DNA from: Escherichia coli
GTDB lineage: Bacteria; Pseudomonadota; Gammaproteobacteria; Enterobacterales; Enterobacteriaceae
Assembly (NCBI RefSeq): GCF_003334355.1
Contig: NZ_QOWP01000023.1
Direction: 5' to 3' (one strand)
DNA length: 64,000 bases
Part shown: in pieces, positions 45,268-56,635 of the stretch
Layout of the letters: each line of letters starts with the position of its first letter
Position numbering within the stretch: position 1 is the first letter of the stretch
Notes under the pieces: model-generated
The model's input: the letters and a program-made list of their open reading frames with translations, nothing else
Told to the model about the DNA's origin: nothing
Database searches by the model: none
Program-made: the position numbers and the translations under genes

Positions 45268-46857
45268 TTAATGCTCGCGGGTCTGGTGGAACTGAACGTC
45301 CGGATAACGTTCCTGCGCCAGGCGCAGGTTGACCATGCTGGTAGCGATGTAAGCGAGGTTATCGCCGCCATCAAGCGCCAGTTGGCTTTCGTTCTTACGC
45401 TTGAACTCTTCGAATTTCTTCGCGTCTGCACATTCTACCCAGCGGGCGGTGGCAACGTTGACTGATTCATATACTGCTTCAACGTTGTATTCGCTCTTCA
45501 GGCGCGATACCACCACATCAAACTGCAGCACACCAACCGCACCAACGATCAGATCGTTGTTGGAGATTGGACGGAACACCTGCACCGCGCCCTCTTCGGA
45601 AAGCTGTACCAGCCCTTTGAGCAGCTGTTTTTGCTTCAGCGGATCTTTCAGGCGGATGCGACGGAACAGTTCTGGCGCGAAGTTCGGAATACCGGTGAAC
45701 TTCATCATCTCACCCTGGGTAAAGGTGTCGCCAATCTGAATGGTGCCGTGGTTGTGCAGGCCGAGGATATCGCCCGGATATGCTTCTTCAACGTGCGAAC
45801 GGTCACCTGCCATAAAGGTCAGCGCGTCGGAGATCACCACATCTTTCGCAGTGCGCACCTGGCGCAGCTTCATGCCTTTTTCATATTTACCGGATACCAC
45901 GCGCATAAACGCCACGCGGTCGCGGTGTTTCGGGTCCATGTTGGCCTGAATTTTAAATACGAAGCCGGTAAATTTGTCTTCGCTCGCCTCTACGGTACGG
46001 GTATCAGTCTGACGCGGCATCGGCGCAGGAGCCCACTCCACCAGGCCATCCAGCATATGATCGACACCGAAGTTACCCAGCGCAGTACCGAAGAATACCG
46101 GAGTGATTTCGCCCGCAAGGAACAGCTCTTTGTCGAACTCATTAGACGCGCCTTTCACCAGTTCCAGTTCGTCACGCAGCTGCTGTGCCAGATCTTCACC
46201 GACCGCTGCATCGAGATCCGGGTTATTCAGCCCTTTAACAATGCGGACTTCCTGAATGGTGTGGCCTTTACCGCTCTGATAGAGATAGGTTTCGTCTTTA
46301 TAAAGGTGGTAAACGCCTTTAAACAGCTTGCCGCAGCCGATCGGCCAGGTGATCGGTGCGCAGCCGATTTTCAGCTCGTTCTCAACTTCATCGAGCAGTT
46401 CCATCGGGTCGCGGATATCACGGTCAAGTTTGTTCATAAAGGTGAGGATCGGCGTGTCGCGCAGACGGGTAACTTCCATCAGCTTGCGGGTACGATCTTC
46501 AACACCTTTTGCGGCGTCGATAACCATCAGACAGCAGTCCACCGCCGTCAGGGTACGATAGGTATCTTCCGAGAAGTCTTCGTGCCCCGGGGTGTCGAGC
46601 AGATTAACCAGGCAATCGTGATACGGAAACTGCATCACAGACGTAGTAATGGAGATCCCACGCTGCTTTTCCATCTCCATCCAGTCCGACTTAGCGTGCT
46701 GGTTAGAGCCACGGCCTTTTACTGTACCGGCGGTCTGAATGGCCTGTCCGAACAGCAGCACCTTCTCGGTGATGGTAGTCTTACCGGCGTCCGGGTGAGA
46801 AATAATGGCAAAAGTGCGGCGCTTCGCCACCTCTTGCAAATAAGGAGACAACGTCAT
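45268..46857 (-). CDS. prfC: Peptide chain release factor RF3
   Basis: Start trimmed to [28 protein letters not shown] (529 aa). Confidence 0.97.
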
Positions 46858-46947
46858 AATTCTTTCTTCTTGAGTAAGCGGCATCGCGCCGCGCTTGTTG
46901 AAAACGAAAAATTGCGGCTATTTTACCCATCAACGGGGGGGAGGCAA

Positions 46948-47625
46948 TCAGTGTTTACACAGGAGCTGCTCCAGTTCGTGCAACGAAGAAACGGTCCAGG
47001 TGGGCGCGATGCCTTCTGGTTGCTCGCGATTGTGCGCATTCAGCCAGCAGGTCGCAAGCCCGGCGTTGATGCCACCGAGAATATCGGACTCGGCAGTGTC
47101 GCCAACCATCAGCACGCGTGAACGGTCAGGATTGCCCGCCTGTTCCAGCGCATAATCGAAAATTTTCTTATTCGGTTTGGCAACGCCAACTTCTTCGGAA
47201 ATCACCAGCAAATCGAAGTAATCACGCAGGCCCGTGCGTTCCAGACGCACCTGTTGCAAGGCACTAAAGCCGTTGGTGATGATGCCGATTTTGGCGTTGC
47301 CACGAATGGCGTTAAGCAGAGAAACCGCGCCCGGCAGCGGCGTGCAGATTTCCGCCATCGCATTAATAAAGGCTTCGTTGAGTTTACCCGGCTCGACGTT
47401 CAGCCGTTCGGCCCAGCTCTCGAAACGCCCGTGCTGAAGCTGTAATGAAGTGATCGCGCCGTTTTGATAATCCACCCACAGAGGCTTGTTAACGGCCTGA
47501 TAGTCCTGAAAATCTTCAGCGGTAAAGGTGACGCTGTAATCAAGAAACATCCGCTGCAGGCCGGTGAATGAGTCAAAGGTAAACAGCGTTTCATCGGCAT
47601 CAAAGAAAATCCAGTCCCACTTCAT
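46948..47625 (-). CDS. yjjG: HAD-family pyrimidine 5'-nucleotidase YjjG
   Basis: 225-aa ORF with FDADETLF (DxDxT) motif. Confidence 0.9.
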   Translation of the reverse strand: MKWDWIFFDADETLFTFDSFTGLQRMFLDYSVTFTAEDFQDYQAVNKPLWVDYQNGAITSLQLQHGRFESWAERLNVEPGKLNEAFINAMAEICTPLPGAVSLLNAIRGNAKIGIITNGFSALQQVRLERTGLRDYFDLLVISEEVGVAKPNKKIFDYALEQAGNPDRSRVLMVGDTAESDILGGINAGLATCWLNAHNREQPEGIAPTWTVSSLHELEQLLCKH

Positions 47626-47639
47626 TATTCCACCTTGTC

Positions 47640-48086
47640 TTACATACTGATTGGCAACGCCATGATGATGGCGTCTTCGCGACCGTCCGTGGTGGGGTAG
47701 TAATTGCGGCGAATCGTCGCCTCGTTAAAGCCTAAACTTTCGTACAGGGCAATGGCGGCAGCGTTTGAGGCACGGACTTCCAGCCAGAGCGTCGCCACGC
47801 CGCGTTTTTCCAGTTCATCGATCAGATGTTCCAGCAGCGCCCTTCCCAATCCCTGACGCTGATAGTCAGGATCGACCGCAATATTGAACAATGTAGCTTC
47901 ATCCAGCACCACTTGCGTAATCGCAAACGCCGCCATTTTGCCGTTTTGCGTTAACTGAAAGTTGAGATAACGCTCGCCCTGGTTGCTGGCAAAGGTTTTT
48001 TCACTCCACGGAAAGGCGTGGGCGCGTTGTTCAATGTGGTAAGCCGCTGGTAAATCAGTCGTTTCGAGGGAAGAAATCGTGTTCAT
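47640..48086 (-). CDS. rimI: Ribosomal protein S18 alanine N-acetyltransferase
   Basis: 148-aa GNAT ORF ([13 protein letters not shown]). Confidence 0.93.
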   Translation of the reverse strand: MNTISSLETTDLPAAYHIEQRAHAFPWSEKTFASNQGERYLNFQLTQNGKMAAFAITQVVLDEATLFNIAVDPDYQRQGLGRALLEHLIDELEKRGVATLWLEVRASNAAAIALYESLGFNEATIRRNYYPTTDGREDAIIMALPISM

Positions 48087-48468
48087 ATGTGCAAATTTGT
48101 TGCCATAACGCGGCGCGTGCCGTTGGGTTTGCCCGTAATTCGGTGAGCGCCGGTGATGCCACCTGAGCGCCTTCCAGTGATAGCGGTTCGTCAGTACCCA
48201 ACCGCCAGCTGTTGCAGCGACTGCCTTGCGGCAGCATCGCGATTTTTTCTGGCGTCAGTTGCAGCACTTGATCGGGGCTGACGGTTAATGCGCGCAGAAC
48301 ATCGCTCACTAAAGGATCAGTCAGGGCGGGAAGATCGTTTGCCACCATCACCAGACGGACGTGTGCCGGGATCGCAATGGCAATCTCCCCCTGCAACGCG
48401 CCAGGGCGACGCAGCGACCACTGGGTAATGCCCAGTTGCTGTAACTGCCAGTCTCGTCGGGATGTCAT
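48055..48468 (-). CDS. holD: DNA polymerase III psi subunit
   Basis: 137-aa ORF starting MTSRRDWQLQQLGITQWSLRRP; 32-bp overlap with rimI. Confidence 0.93.
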   Translation of the reverse strand: MTSRRDWQLQQLGITQWSLRRPGALQGEIAIAIPAHVRLVMVANDLPALTDPLVSDVLRALTVSPDQVLQLTPEKIAMLPQGSRCNSWRLGTDEPLSLEGAQVASPALTELRANPTARAALWQQICTYEHDFFPRND

Positions 48469-48570
48469 AGCGAATCGCTCCTGTTGTCAGGGGCGCAAAT
48501 ATAGCAAATTCGTCGATACCGCGCCAACATATGGCTATAATCGCCGCCAGTATCAATTGAGGAGCATTCC

Positions 48571-49602
48571 ATGTCTGCATTTACCCCGGCAAGTGAAGTC
48601 TTGCTGCGTCACAGTGATGATTTCGAACAAAGCCGTATTCTGTTTGCCGGAGACTTACAGGATGACCTGCCCGCGCGTTTAGATACCGCGGCCAGCCGTG
48701 CTCATACCCAGCAATTCCACCACTGGCAGGTATTAAGCCGCCAGATGGGGGATAACGCCCGTTTCAGTCTGGTCGCCACGGCGGATGACGTCGCAGATTG
48801 CGATACGCTGATTTACTACTGGCCGAAGAACAAACCGGAAGCCCAGTTCCAGTTGATGAATTTACTTTCTCTGCTGCCAGTGGGGACAGATATTTTTGTC
48901 GTTGGCGAGAACCGCAGCGGCGTGCGCAGCGCCGAGCAGATGCTGGCAGATTATGCGCCGTTGAATAAAGTCGACAGCGCTCGTCGCTGTGGCCTCTATT
49001 TTGGTCGTCTGGAAAAACAGCCGGTATTTGATGCCGATAAATTCTGGGGCGAATACAGCGTCGATGGCCTGACGGTCAAAACGCTGCCTGGCGTGTTTAG
49101 CCGCGACGGTCTGGATGTCGGTAGCCAGTTGCTGCTCTCGACGTTAACCCCGCACACGAAAGGTAAAGTGCTGGATGTCGGCTGTGGCGCGGGTGTGCTT
49201 TCAGTTGCCTTTGCGCGCCATTCGCCGAAAATTCGTCTCACCTTGTGCGATGTCTCTGCGCCAGCGGTAGAAGCCAGCCGCGCAACACTTGCGGCCAACG
49301 GTGTTGAAGGTGAAGTCTTTGCCAGCAACGTCTTTTCCGAGGTGAAAGGTCGTTTTGATATGATCATCTCCAACCCGCCGTTCCACGATGGGATGCAAAC
49401 CAGCCTGGATGCGGCGCAAACGCTGATTCGCGGCGCGGTGCGTCATCTTAATAGCGGCGGCGAGCTGCGAATTGTAGCGAACGCCTTCCTGCCTTACCCG
49501 GACGTGCTGGATGAGACATTTGGCTTCCATGAAGTGATTGCGCAAACCGGGCGTTTCAAGGTGTATCGCGCCATTATGACCCGCCAGGCGAAGAAAGGTT
49601 AA
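48571..49602 (+). CDS. rsmC: 16S rRNA m2G1207 methyltransferase RsmC
   Basis: 343-aa ORF with SAM-binding [11 protein letters not shown] and NPPFH motifs. Confidence 0.95.
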   Translation: MSAFTPASEVLLRHSDDFEQSRILFAGDLQDDLPARLDTAASRAHTQQFHHWQVLSRQMGDNARFSLVATADDVADCDTLIYYWPKNKPEAQFQLMNLLSLLPVGTDIFVVGENRSGVRSAEQMLADYAPLNKVDSARRCGLYFGRLEKQPVFDADKFWGEYSVDGLTVKTLPGVFSRDGLDVGSQLLLSTLTPHTKGKVLDVGCGAGVLSVAFARHSPKIRLTLCDVSAPAVEASRATLAANGVEGEVFASNVFSEVKGRFDMIISNPPFHDGMQTSLDAAQTLIRGAVRHLNSGGELRIVANAFLPYPDVLDETFGFHEVIAQTGRFKVYRAIMTRQAKKG

Positions 49603-49614
49603 TTATCTCGCCGA

Positions 49615-49772
<158 letters not shown>

Positions 49773-49841
49773 ACCAAACCTGCACGTTAGTTTCCTGATG
49801 GACATTTTTCCAGCAATTACACCTCCGGCGATAATTAACTA

Positions 49842-49869
49842 TTGACGAAAAGCTGAAAACCACTAGAAT
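49842..49869 (+). promoter_or_regulatory. sigma70 promoter of the tRNA-Leu operon (leuV promoter)
   Basis: TTGACG (-35), 16-bp spacer, TAGAAT (-10), then GC-rich discriminator gcgcc; about 40 bp upstream of the tRNA. Confidence 0.7.
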
Positions 49870-49910
49870 GCGCCTCCGTGGTAGCAATTCTTTTTAAGAA
49901 TTGATGGTAT

Positions 49911-49997
49911 GCGAAGGTGGCGGAATTGGTAGACGCGCTAGCTTCAGGTGTTAGTGTCCTTACGGACGTGGGGGTTCAAGTCCCCCCCCTCGCACCA
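49911..49997 (+). tRNA. leuV: tRNA-Leu (anticodon CAG)
   Basis: 87-nt sequence GCGAAGGTGGCGGAATTGGTAGACGCGCTAGCTTCAGGTGTTAGTGTCCTTACGGACGTGGGGGTTCAAGTCCCCCCCCTCGCACCA; cloverleaf with long variable arm, anticodon loop UUCAGGU, encoded CCA. Confidence 0.97.
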
Positions 49998-50035
49998 ATT
50001 ATCTTTACTTCCTTTCTTGTTTCTTCCTTGATTTT

Positions 50036-50272
50036 TCATCCCTGATTCAAATTCATTATCATCAGCATGATGGCAGCAATAAGCGCCAGGCACGATGGTA
50101 GCAAAACGTAATGCCGTAACTGTTTGTGATACAGCATCACCGGCGTCAATACTAATCCCATCAGAATGACAATCCGCCACTGATCCGGCGATAAATCCGC
50201 ATACATCAGCCCTGCAATCAGCAATCCCGGCAGCAACACTCCCCAGCCACTGCCCAGCGTACGTTGCAACAT
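50036..50272 (-). CDS. yjjZ: Small inner-membrane protein YjjZ (DUF1435)
   Basis: 78-aa ORF MLQRTLGSGWGVLLPGLLIAGLMYADL... (trimmed from 115-aa ORF-track call); Fur box just upstream. Confidence 0.75.
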   Translation of the reverse strand: MLQRTLGSGWGVLLPGLLIAGLMYADLSPDQWRIVILMGLVLTPVMLYHKQLRHYVLLPSCLALIAAIMLMIMNLNQG

Positions 50273-50287
50273 GGTTTCATCTCTTTC

Positions 50288-50306
50288 ATTGATAATGATA
50301 ACCAAT
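50288..50306. promoter_or_regulatory. Fur box upstream of yjjZ
   Basis: GATAATGATAACCAATATC versus Fur consensus GATAATGATAATCATTATC (16/19). Confidence 0.6.
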
Positions 50307-50374
50307 ATCATATGATAATTTTTATCATTTGCAAGCCAGAGAAATCCCTTGCTATCGGGTAAACCTATCGCTAG

Positions 50375-50400
50375 GATTAGCAATCATTATCATTTAGATT
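50375..50400. promoter_or_regulatory. Fur-box-like site upstream of fhuF
   Basis: gattagcAATCATTATCatttagatt, about 15-40 bp upstream of the fhuF ATG. Confidence 0.5.
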
Positions 50401-50412
50401 ACTATCCCGATT

Positions 50413-51201
50413 ATGGCCTATCGTTCCGCACCGCTCTATGAAGATATCATCTGGCGAACGCATCTCCAGCCGCAGGATGCTGGGCTTGCACAAGCCGTAC
50501 GTGCGACGATCGCCAAACATCGTGAACATTTGCTCGAGTTTATCCGCCTGGATGAACCCGCTCCGCTTAACGCCATGACGCTGGCGCAATGGTCATCACC
50601 GAATGCGCTAAGTTCTCTACTCGCGGTCTATTCCGATCATATCTATCGCAACCAACCAACGATGATCCGCGAGAACAAACCGCTGATCTCACTATGGGCA
50701 CAATGGTATATCGGCCTGATGGTGCCACCATTAATGCTGGCGCTACTGACGCAGGAAAAGGCATTAGATGTGTCGCCGGAACATTTCCATGCTGAGTTTC
50801 ACGAAACCGGACGCGTCGCCTGTTTCTGGGTCGATGTGTGTGAAGATAAAAACGCAACACCACATTCGCCGCAGCAGCGAATGGAAACGTTAATCAGCCA
50901 GGCGCTGGTTCCGGTTGTGCAGGCACTAGAAGCGACCGGAGAGATCAACGGCAAACTTATCTGGAGTAATACCGGTTATTTGATCAACTGGTATCTCACT
51001 GAGATGAAGCAGCTGCTCGGCGAGGCGACGGTTGAATCGCTGCGCCATGCCCTCTTTTTTGAGAAAACGCTCACGAACGGTGAAGATAATCCACTCTGGC
51101 GTACCGTGGTACTGCGCGATGGCCTGCTGGTGCGCCGCACTTGCTGCCAGCGTTATCGCTTACCGGATGTGCAGCAATGTGGCGATTGTACGCTGAAATG
51201 A
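50413..51201 (+). CDS. fhuF: Ferric-siderophore reductase FhuF
   Basis: 262-aa ORF with C-terminal Cys cluster RRTCCQRYRLPDVQQCGDC (2Fe-2S site). Confidence 0.95.
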   Translation: MAYRSAPLYEDIIWRTHLQPQDAGLAQAVRATIAKHREHLLEFIRLDEPAPLNAMTLAQWSSPNALSSLLAVYSDHIYRNQPTMIRENKPLISLWAQWYIGLMVPPLMLALLTQEKALDVSPEHFHAEFHETGRVACFWVDVCEDKNATPHSPQQRMETLISQALVPVVQALEATGEINGKLIWSNTGYLINWYLTEMKQLLGEATVESLRHALFFEKTLTNGEDNPLWRTVVLRDGLLVRRTCCQRYRLPDVQQCGDCTLK

Positions 51202-51238
51202 AAGCACTGCCGGGGAAGTAAACCCGGCATCATGCGGA

Positions 51239-51916
51239 TTAATAGGGATGCAACACATTACTTGCTTCGCAATGCCGCATACATAACAGAATATCTGCGG
51301 CCTCCAACAACCCTGCATCAGAACTGACGCCCAGTTTCGACATCACATTAAATTTATGTGCACGGATCGTTTTGATATTGCGTTTAAGCTGCTCGGCAAT
51401 TTGTGTCATTGAGTAGCCACGCGACATAAAGCGCAATATTTCTCTCTCCGTGGGGCTTAGCGTCCGGCTTTGGTTAATGTACCACTGATTGTTCAGTCGG
51501 TCGGTCGCCTGACGTACACCATTTAATGACAAAAAGAGTTCCTGATGAAAAATCTCCAGCGTTGACGCTTTACTTAATACACCGTCCAGCGGTGATGGCG
51601 ACAATGAACCAATCAGCCGAGCTTCAATATCATCATCCGCAATAACTAAACGCCGGGTACGCGGAAACTTAATCGCCAGTTCAGTCAGGCAAGATAATCC
51701 CTCTCTGCGCTCACTTCTCATGGCAGAAAAAGAAAAAATGACCGCCGCAAACGAGATCCGCGACATGGCATCCTGAAATGACTCCTGACTGGTATAGGTA
51801 TGGAGCTTATAAGGGTTACCCGCAAACTTTCTGAATAAACTCTCAATACCGATACTACTCATGACGCATTTTTCTATGAGTGCGACATTTCTCTTCTTAA
51901 TTCGGCTGTGTTCCAT
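51239..51916 (-). CDS. bglJ: LuxR-family transcriptional regulator BglJ
   Basis: 225-aa ORF with C-terminal LuxR-type HTH ([25 protein letters not shown]). Confidence 0.9.
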
Positions 51917-52599
51917 TCTGCGGCATCTCCATAAACAGAAGGCAAGTTAAGTTCTCTTGCACCCTGCGCGCTATTTATCCATGCATACATTTCAGCGTTG
52001 CTGTGAATTGCCAGTCGACGCATCGCACTGTTTTTTTGGGCGCTGATAGTTTTATTACTTTTCTTAAGCAACGAAGCTATCTGGTTGATGCCCCATCCTT
52101 TACCTAATAGCCGCAGTACCTTGCGCTCTGAAAGAGTGAGAATGACGGAGCGATAGCTAAAATCATGAGTTTCAGTCATTGCCGGAGAGGTCAGCATGGC
52201 GCTGATACGCTCTGCGTGCGTATTGCCGGAACGTACGGTCTTGACCAGATTCTCAATGGGTTCAACATCAGACAATAACGTCGCCGTAGGGCACATGAGC
52301 AATTCTACTGCCTGGGAATACCAGGAGCGTGACACCATGAAAACCCAGTGAATTTCCCGATATTGTGAGATTAAAGAATAATAATGTTCACAAACAGAAC
52401 GTGGATCTTCACTTTCACCGGCTAAATCAGCAATGACTAATCCGGAACGACGTAATTGTAATAAGGTAAGGTCCTCCGCAGAGGCGCTGGATATTATTTC
52501 ATATTCAGGGAAGTGAGTCCTCATGACCTCTTTTAACCCTGCTTGCATAACAGGTATTTTACTGATAACAATTCCATTTTTGCAGCATCCTGGCAACAT
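51874..52599 (-). CDS. yjjQ: LuxR-family transcriptional regulator YjjQ
   Basis: 241-aa ORF with LuxR-type HTH ([23 protein letters not shown]); overlaps bglJ by 43 bp. Confidence 0.88.
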
Positions 52600-53217
52600 A
52601 TTTCCTCCACATCCACTGTCTAAAAATCATGATGGTTTATTCAGGATATTCATTCCTTAAATGTTTCCAGCAAATTAATAGATTAAGCGAATAAATTATC
52701 CTTAGCATTCACTTTCATATCAGCATACTCCTGCTGCACAACAACTCCACTGCATGTGTCAGAAGGTTAGCATCAAATGATAACCTGGTGAAATAGCCTG
52801 GAGACATTTAAAATATCTACATTAAGTTGTTAGAAATACTTAATGAAAAACAGAAATATCATTCATTTAATTTATAATTCAATGATACCTCTTCCCGCAA
52901 AATGCAAAATCACACAACCAATATTTATTCAATAAAATCTGATTGTTTTAACTTGTTGGCATTAAAAAACGCGCCCAGTTATCTATTATCCTGATTCGTA
53001 AAGGCCAAACAATAAATTCATTATGGTGATAATATTCATGTGATAATTTGTTTGCGGCGAGAGATAATTCGCTTTTTATCACCGAGCTTCTCCCGATAAC
53101 CAGGATTAATCAGCGCAATTTTGATCTTAACCTACCGCAAAACAACCGTGCTTCATGATACAAATGAATTCTCATTATCTGAACAATACGCAGCACGTCT
53201 ATGACAAAGGGCGAGTT

Positions 53218-53988
53218 ATGCAAACTGAGCAACAGCGAGCCGTAACACGGCTTTGTATCCAGTGTGGATTATTTCTTTTGCAACATGGTGCGGAAAGCGC
53301 GTTGGTTGATGAGCTTTCCTCACGACTGGGTCGGGCGCTGGGAATGGACAGCGTCGAAAGTTCTATCTCTTCGAACGCCATAGTGCTGACAACCATTAAA
53401 GATGGGCAATGCCTGACATCGACACGTAAAAATCACGATCGCGGCATTAATATGCATGTGGTGACTGAAGTCCAGCACATTGTGATTCTGGCGGAGCACC
53501 ATCTGCTGGATTACAAAGGCGTAGAGAAACGATTTAGCCAAATTCAGCCATTACGTTACCCAAGATGGCTGGTAGCCTTAATGGTTGGCCTTTCTTGCGC
53601 CTGTTTCTGTAAACTCAATAACGGTGGCTGGGATGGTGCCGTCATCACCTTCTTTGCCAGTACGGCCGCGATGTATATCCGCCAGCTACTGGCACAACGT
53701 CATCTTCATCCACAGATCAACTTTTGCCTCACCGCTTTCGCCGCCACCACTATTTCCGGTTTGCTTTTGCAACTTCCCACCTTCAGCAATACACCCACCA
53801 TTGCAATGGCCGCCAGCGTTCTGCTGCTGGTGCCGGGCTTTCCGTTGATTAATGCCGTCGCCGATATGTTTAAAGGCCACATCAATACCGGACTGGCACG
53901 CTGGGCGATCGCCAGTCTGCTGACACTGGCTACCTGCGTCGGCGTGGTGATGGCACTGACGATTTGGGGGCTACGCGGATGGGTGTGA
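53218..53988 (+). CDS. yjjP: ThrE-family membrane protein YjjP
   Basis: Start trimmed to [17 protein letters not shown] (256 aa); multi-pass. Confidence 0.85.
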   Translation: MQTEQQRAVTRLCIQCGLFLLQHGAESALVDELSSRLGRALGMDSVESSISSNAIVLTTIKDGQCLTSTRKNHDRGINMHVVTEVQHIVILAEHHLLDYKGVEKRFSQIQPLRYPRWLVALMVGLSCACFCKLNNGGWDGAVITFFASTAAMYIRQLLAQRHLHPQINFCLTAFAATTISGLLLQLPTFSNTPTIAMAASVLLLVPGFPLINAVADMFKGHINTGLARWAIASLLTLATCVGVVMALTIWGLRGWV

Positions 53989-54452
53989 TCGAGTTTCTGT
54001 TTGCATTGGCGCAGGATATGATCCTCGCCGCCATTCCAGCGGTCGGCTTTGCGATGGTGTTCAACGTTCCCGTTCGGGCATTACGCTGGTGTGCGCTGCT
54101 TGGCGCGATTGGTCATGGTTCCCGAATGATCTTAATGACCAGCGGGCTGAATATTGAGTGGTCAACCTTTATGGCTTCTATGCTGGTCGGCACCATTGGT
54201 ATTCAATGGTCGCGCTGGTATCTGGCGCATCCGAAAGTGTTTACCGTGGCGGCTGTTATCCCTATGTTTCCTGGCATATCAGCTTATACTGCAATGATTT
54301 CGGCGGTAAAAATCAGTCAGCTAGGCTACAGCGAACCGTTGATGATTACCCTGTTAACCAACTTTCTTACAGCTTCATCAATTGTTGGTGCGTTATCCAT
54401 CGGTCTTTCCATTCCTGGATTATGGTTGTACCGCAAGCGCCCTCGCGTATAA
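53979..54452 (+). CDS. yjjB: Membrane protein YjjB (partner of YjjP)
   Basis: Start trimmed to [14 protein letters not shown] (157 aa); overlaps yjjP by 10 bp. Confidence 0.85.
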   Translation: MGVIEFLFALAQDMILAAIPAVGFAMVFNVPVRALRWCALLGAIGHGSRMILMTSGLNIEWSTFMASMLVGTIGIQWSRWYLAHPKVFTVAAVIPMFPGISAYTAMISAVKISQLGYSEPLMITLLTNFLTASSIVGALSIGLSIPGLWLYRKRPRV

Positions 54453-54559
54453 AATTGCCTCACTTAAAGCACGCGGATGAGAGACAGCCTCCTCTCCTCC
54501 GTGTGTTACTATAAAAGTTATCTCCCTTCTCGTTCATCGTTCCATATTTGAGAAACAGT

Positions 54560-55099
54560 ATGTCTTCCAGAGTTTTGACCCCGGACGTCGTTGGTATTGA
54601 CGCCCTGGTACAGGATCACCAAACCGTTCTGGCAAAAGCTGAAGGCGGTGTGGTTGCCGTATTTGCTAACAATGCCCCGGCGTTTTATGCCGTCACGCCT
54701 GCACGCCTGGCTGAACTGCTGGCGCTGGAAGAAAAGCTGGCGCGTCCGGGAAGCGATGTCGCTCTGGACGATCAACTCTATCAGGAACCGCAAGCCGCTC
54801 CCGTTGCTGTACCCATGGGGAAATTCGCCATGTATCCGGACTGGCAACCCGATGCCGACTTTATCCGCCTGGCGGCGCTATGGGGCGTGGCGCTAAGAGA
54901 GCCGGTGACCACCGAAGAACTGGCCTCATTCATTGCCTACTGGCAGGCGGAAGGTAAAGTCTTTCACCATGTGCAGTGGCAACAAAAACTGGCGCGCAGC
55001 CTGCAAATCGGTCGTGCCAGCAACGGCGGACTGCCGAAACGAGATGTGAATACGGTCAGCGAACCTGACAGCCAAATTCCACCAGGATTCAGAGGGTAA
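54560..55099 (+). CDS. dnaT: Primosomal protein DnaT
   Basis: Start trimmed to [18 protein letters not shown] (179 aa). Confidence 0.93.
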   Translation: MSSRVLTPDVVGIDALVQDHQTVLAKAEGGVVAVFANNAPAFYAVTPARLAELLALEEKLARPGSDVALDDQLYQEPQAAPVAVPMGKFAMYPDWQPDADFIRLAALWGVALREPVTTEELASFIAYWQAEGKVFHHVQWQQKLARSLQIGRASNGGLPKRDVNTVSEPDSQIPPGFRG

Positions 55100-55101
55100 C
55101 G

Positions 55102-55839
55102 ATGAAAAACGTTGGCGACCTGATGCAACGCCTGCAAAAAATGATGCCTGCCCATATCAAACCTGCATTCAAAACGGGTGAAGAGCTACTGGCCTGGCAG
55201 AAAGAACAAGGGGCGATCCGCTCCGCCGCTCTCGAACGTGAAAATCGGGCGATGAAAATGCAGCGCACCTTTAACCGCTCCGGTATTCGTCCACTGCATC
55301 AGAACTGCTCCTTTGAGAACTATCGCGTTGAGTGTGAAGGGCAGATGAATGCGTTAAGCAAAGCGCGCCAGTATGTCGAAGAGTTTGACGGCAACATCGC
55401 CAGCTTCATCTTTTCTGGTAAGCCAGGAACCGGCAAAAACCATCTGGCGGCGGCAATCTGCAACGAGCTGCTGCTACGCGGTAAATCCGTATTGATCATC
55501 ACCGTGGCCGATATTATGTCGGCGATGAAAGATACCTTCAGGAATAGCGGTACCAGCGAAGAACAACTGCTTAACGATCTGAGCAACGTTGATCTGCTGG
55601 TGATCGATGAGATCGGCGTGCAGACCGAATCGAAATACGAAAAAGTGATCATCAACCAGATCGTCGATCGCCGCTCTTCTTCCAAACGCCCAACCGGGAT
55701 GCTGACCAACAGTAATATGGAAGAGATGACCAAGTTGCTGGGCGAACGCGTGATGGACCGTATGCGCCTGGGTAACAGTTTGTGGGTGATCTTCAACTGG
55801 GATAGCTACCGTAGCCGGGTAACAGGTAAAGAGTATTAA
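55102..55839 (+). CDS. dnaC: DNA replication helicase loader DnaC
   Basis: 245-aa ORF with Walker A GKPGTGKNHL and Walker B LLVIDEIG. Confidence 0.97.
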   Translation: MKNVGDLMQRLQKMMPAHIKPAFKTGEELLAWQKEQGAIRSAALERENRAMKMQRTFNRSGIRPLHQNCSFENYRVECEGQMNALSKARQYVEEFDGNIASFIFSGKPGTGKNHLAAAICNELLLRGKSVLIITVADIMSAMKDTFRNSGTSEEQLLNDLSNVDLLVIDEIGVQTESKYEKVIINQIVDRRSSSKRPTGMLTNSNMEEMTKLLGERVMDRMRLGNSLWVIFNWDSYRSRVTGKEY

Positions 55840-55884
55840 TCCCCGTTTCTGGCGGTATACTGCGACACAATTCCACCTTGAGTA

Positions 55885-56382
55885 ATGATGATGAAAACTG
55901 TTAAACATCTTCTGTGCTGTGCCATTGCCGCCAGCGCATTAATTTCCACTGGGGTGCATGCTGCGTCCTGGAAAGATGCGCTCTCCAGCGCCGCCAGCGA
56001 ACTTGGCAACCAAAACAGCACGACACAGGAAGGCGGTTGGTCGCTCGCGTCATTAACTAACTTGCTTAGCAGCGGGAACCAGGCCTTAAGCGCAGATAAC
56101 ATGAACAACGCCGCAGGCATTCTGCAATACTGCGCGAAGCAAAAGCTGGCGTCGGTAACCGATGCCGAAAACATCAAGAACCAGGTGCTGGAAAAACTGG
56201 GCCTGAACAGTGAAGAGCAAAAAGAAGACACCAACTATCTGGATGGCATTCAGGGTTTGCTGAAAACCAAAGATGGTCAGCAACTCAATCTGGATAATAT
56301 CGGAACGACTCCGCTGGCAGAAAAGGTGAAAACCAAAGCCTGCGATCTGGTGTTAAAGCAGGGGCTGAACTTCATTTCCTGA
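55885..56382 (+). CDS. yjjA: Exported protein YjjA (DUF2501)
   Basis: About 164-aa ORF with signal peptide; exact start among three consecutive Met is uncertain. Confidence 0.8.
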   Translation: MMMKTVKHLLCCAIAASALISTGVHAASWKDALSSAASELGNQNSTTQEGGWSLASLTNLLSSGNQALSADNMNNAAGILQYCAKQKLASVTDAENIKNQVLEKLGLNSEEQKEDTNYLDGIQGLLKTKDGQQLNLDNIGTTPLAEKVKTKACDLVLKQGLNFIS

Positions 56383-56635
56383 ACCGCGAAACGCCGCGTT
56401 TTAGCTGTTACCCGGCTGACGCGGCTCTCTCCTGCCCTTTTCCCTGCTCCTGGACGGTTTTCCCCCTGTTACACGGGAAGCGACCGTAATCAAAAAAGTC
56501 TGTTTATAAACTAATTCCTAACAACATCGCATTTTTTTGACACTAGAATTGCAGCAATATGGCGACGCCATTACATTGTGCTTCTCAAAAAGCTTAAACG
56601 TTGGCTAAACGGCCCGGTTTAGTGAGGATCGCCCG

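Noticed and set aside
45631-47121. 496-aa plus-strand ORF overlapping prfC and yjjG
   Set aside because: Antisense shadow ORF spanning two real minus-strand genes; translation shows no recognisable domains.
56520-56560. Possible sigma70 promoter (TTGACA ... TATGGC) upstream of opgB
   Set aside because: The -10 match is weak and spacing ambiguous; insufficient to annotate.
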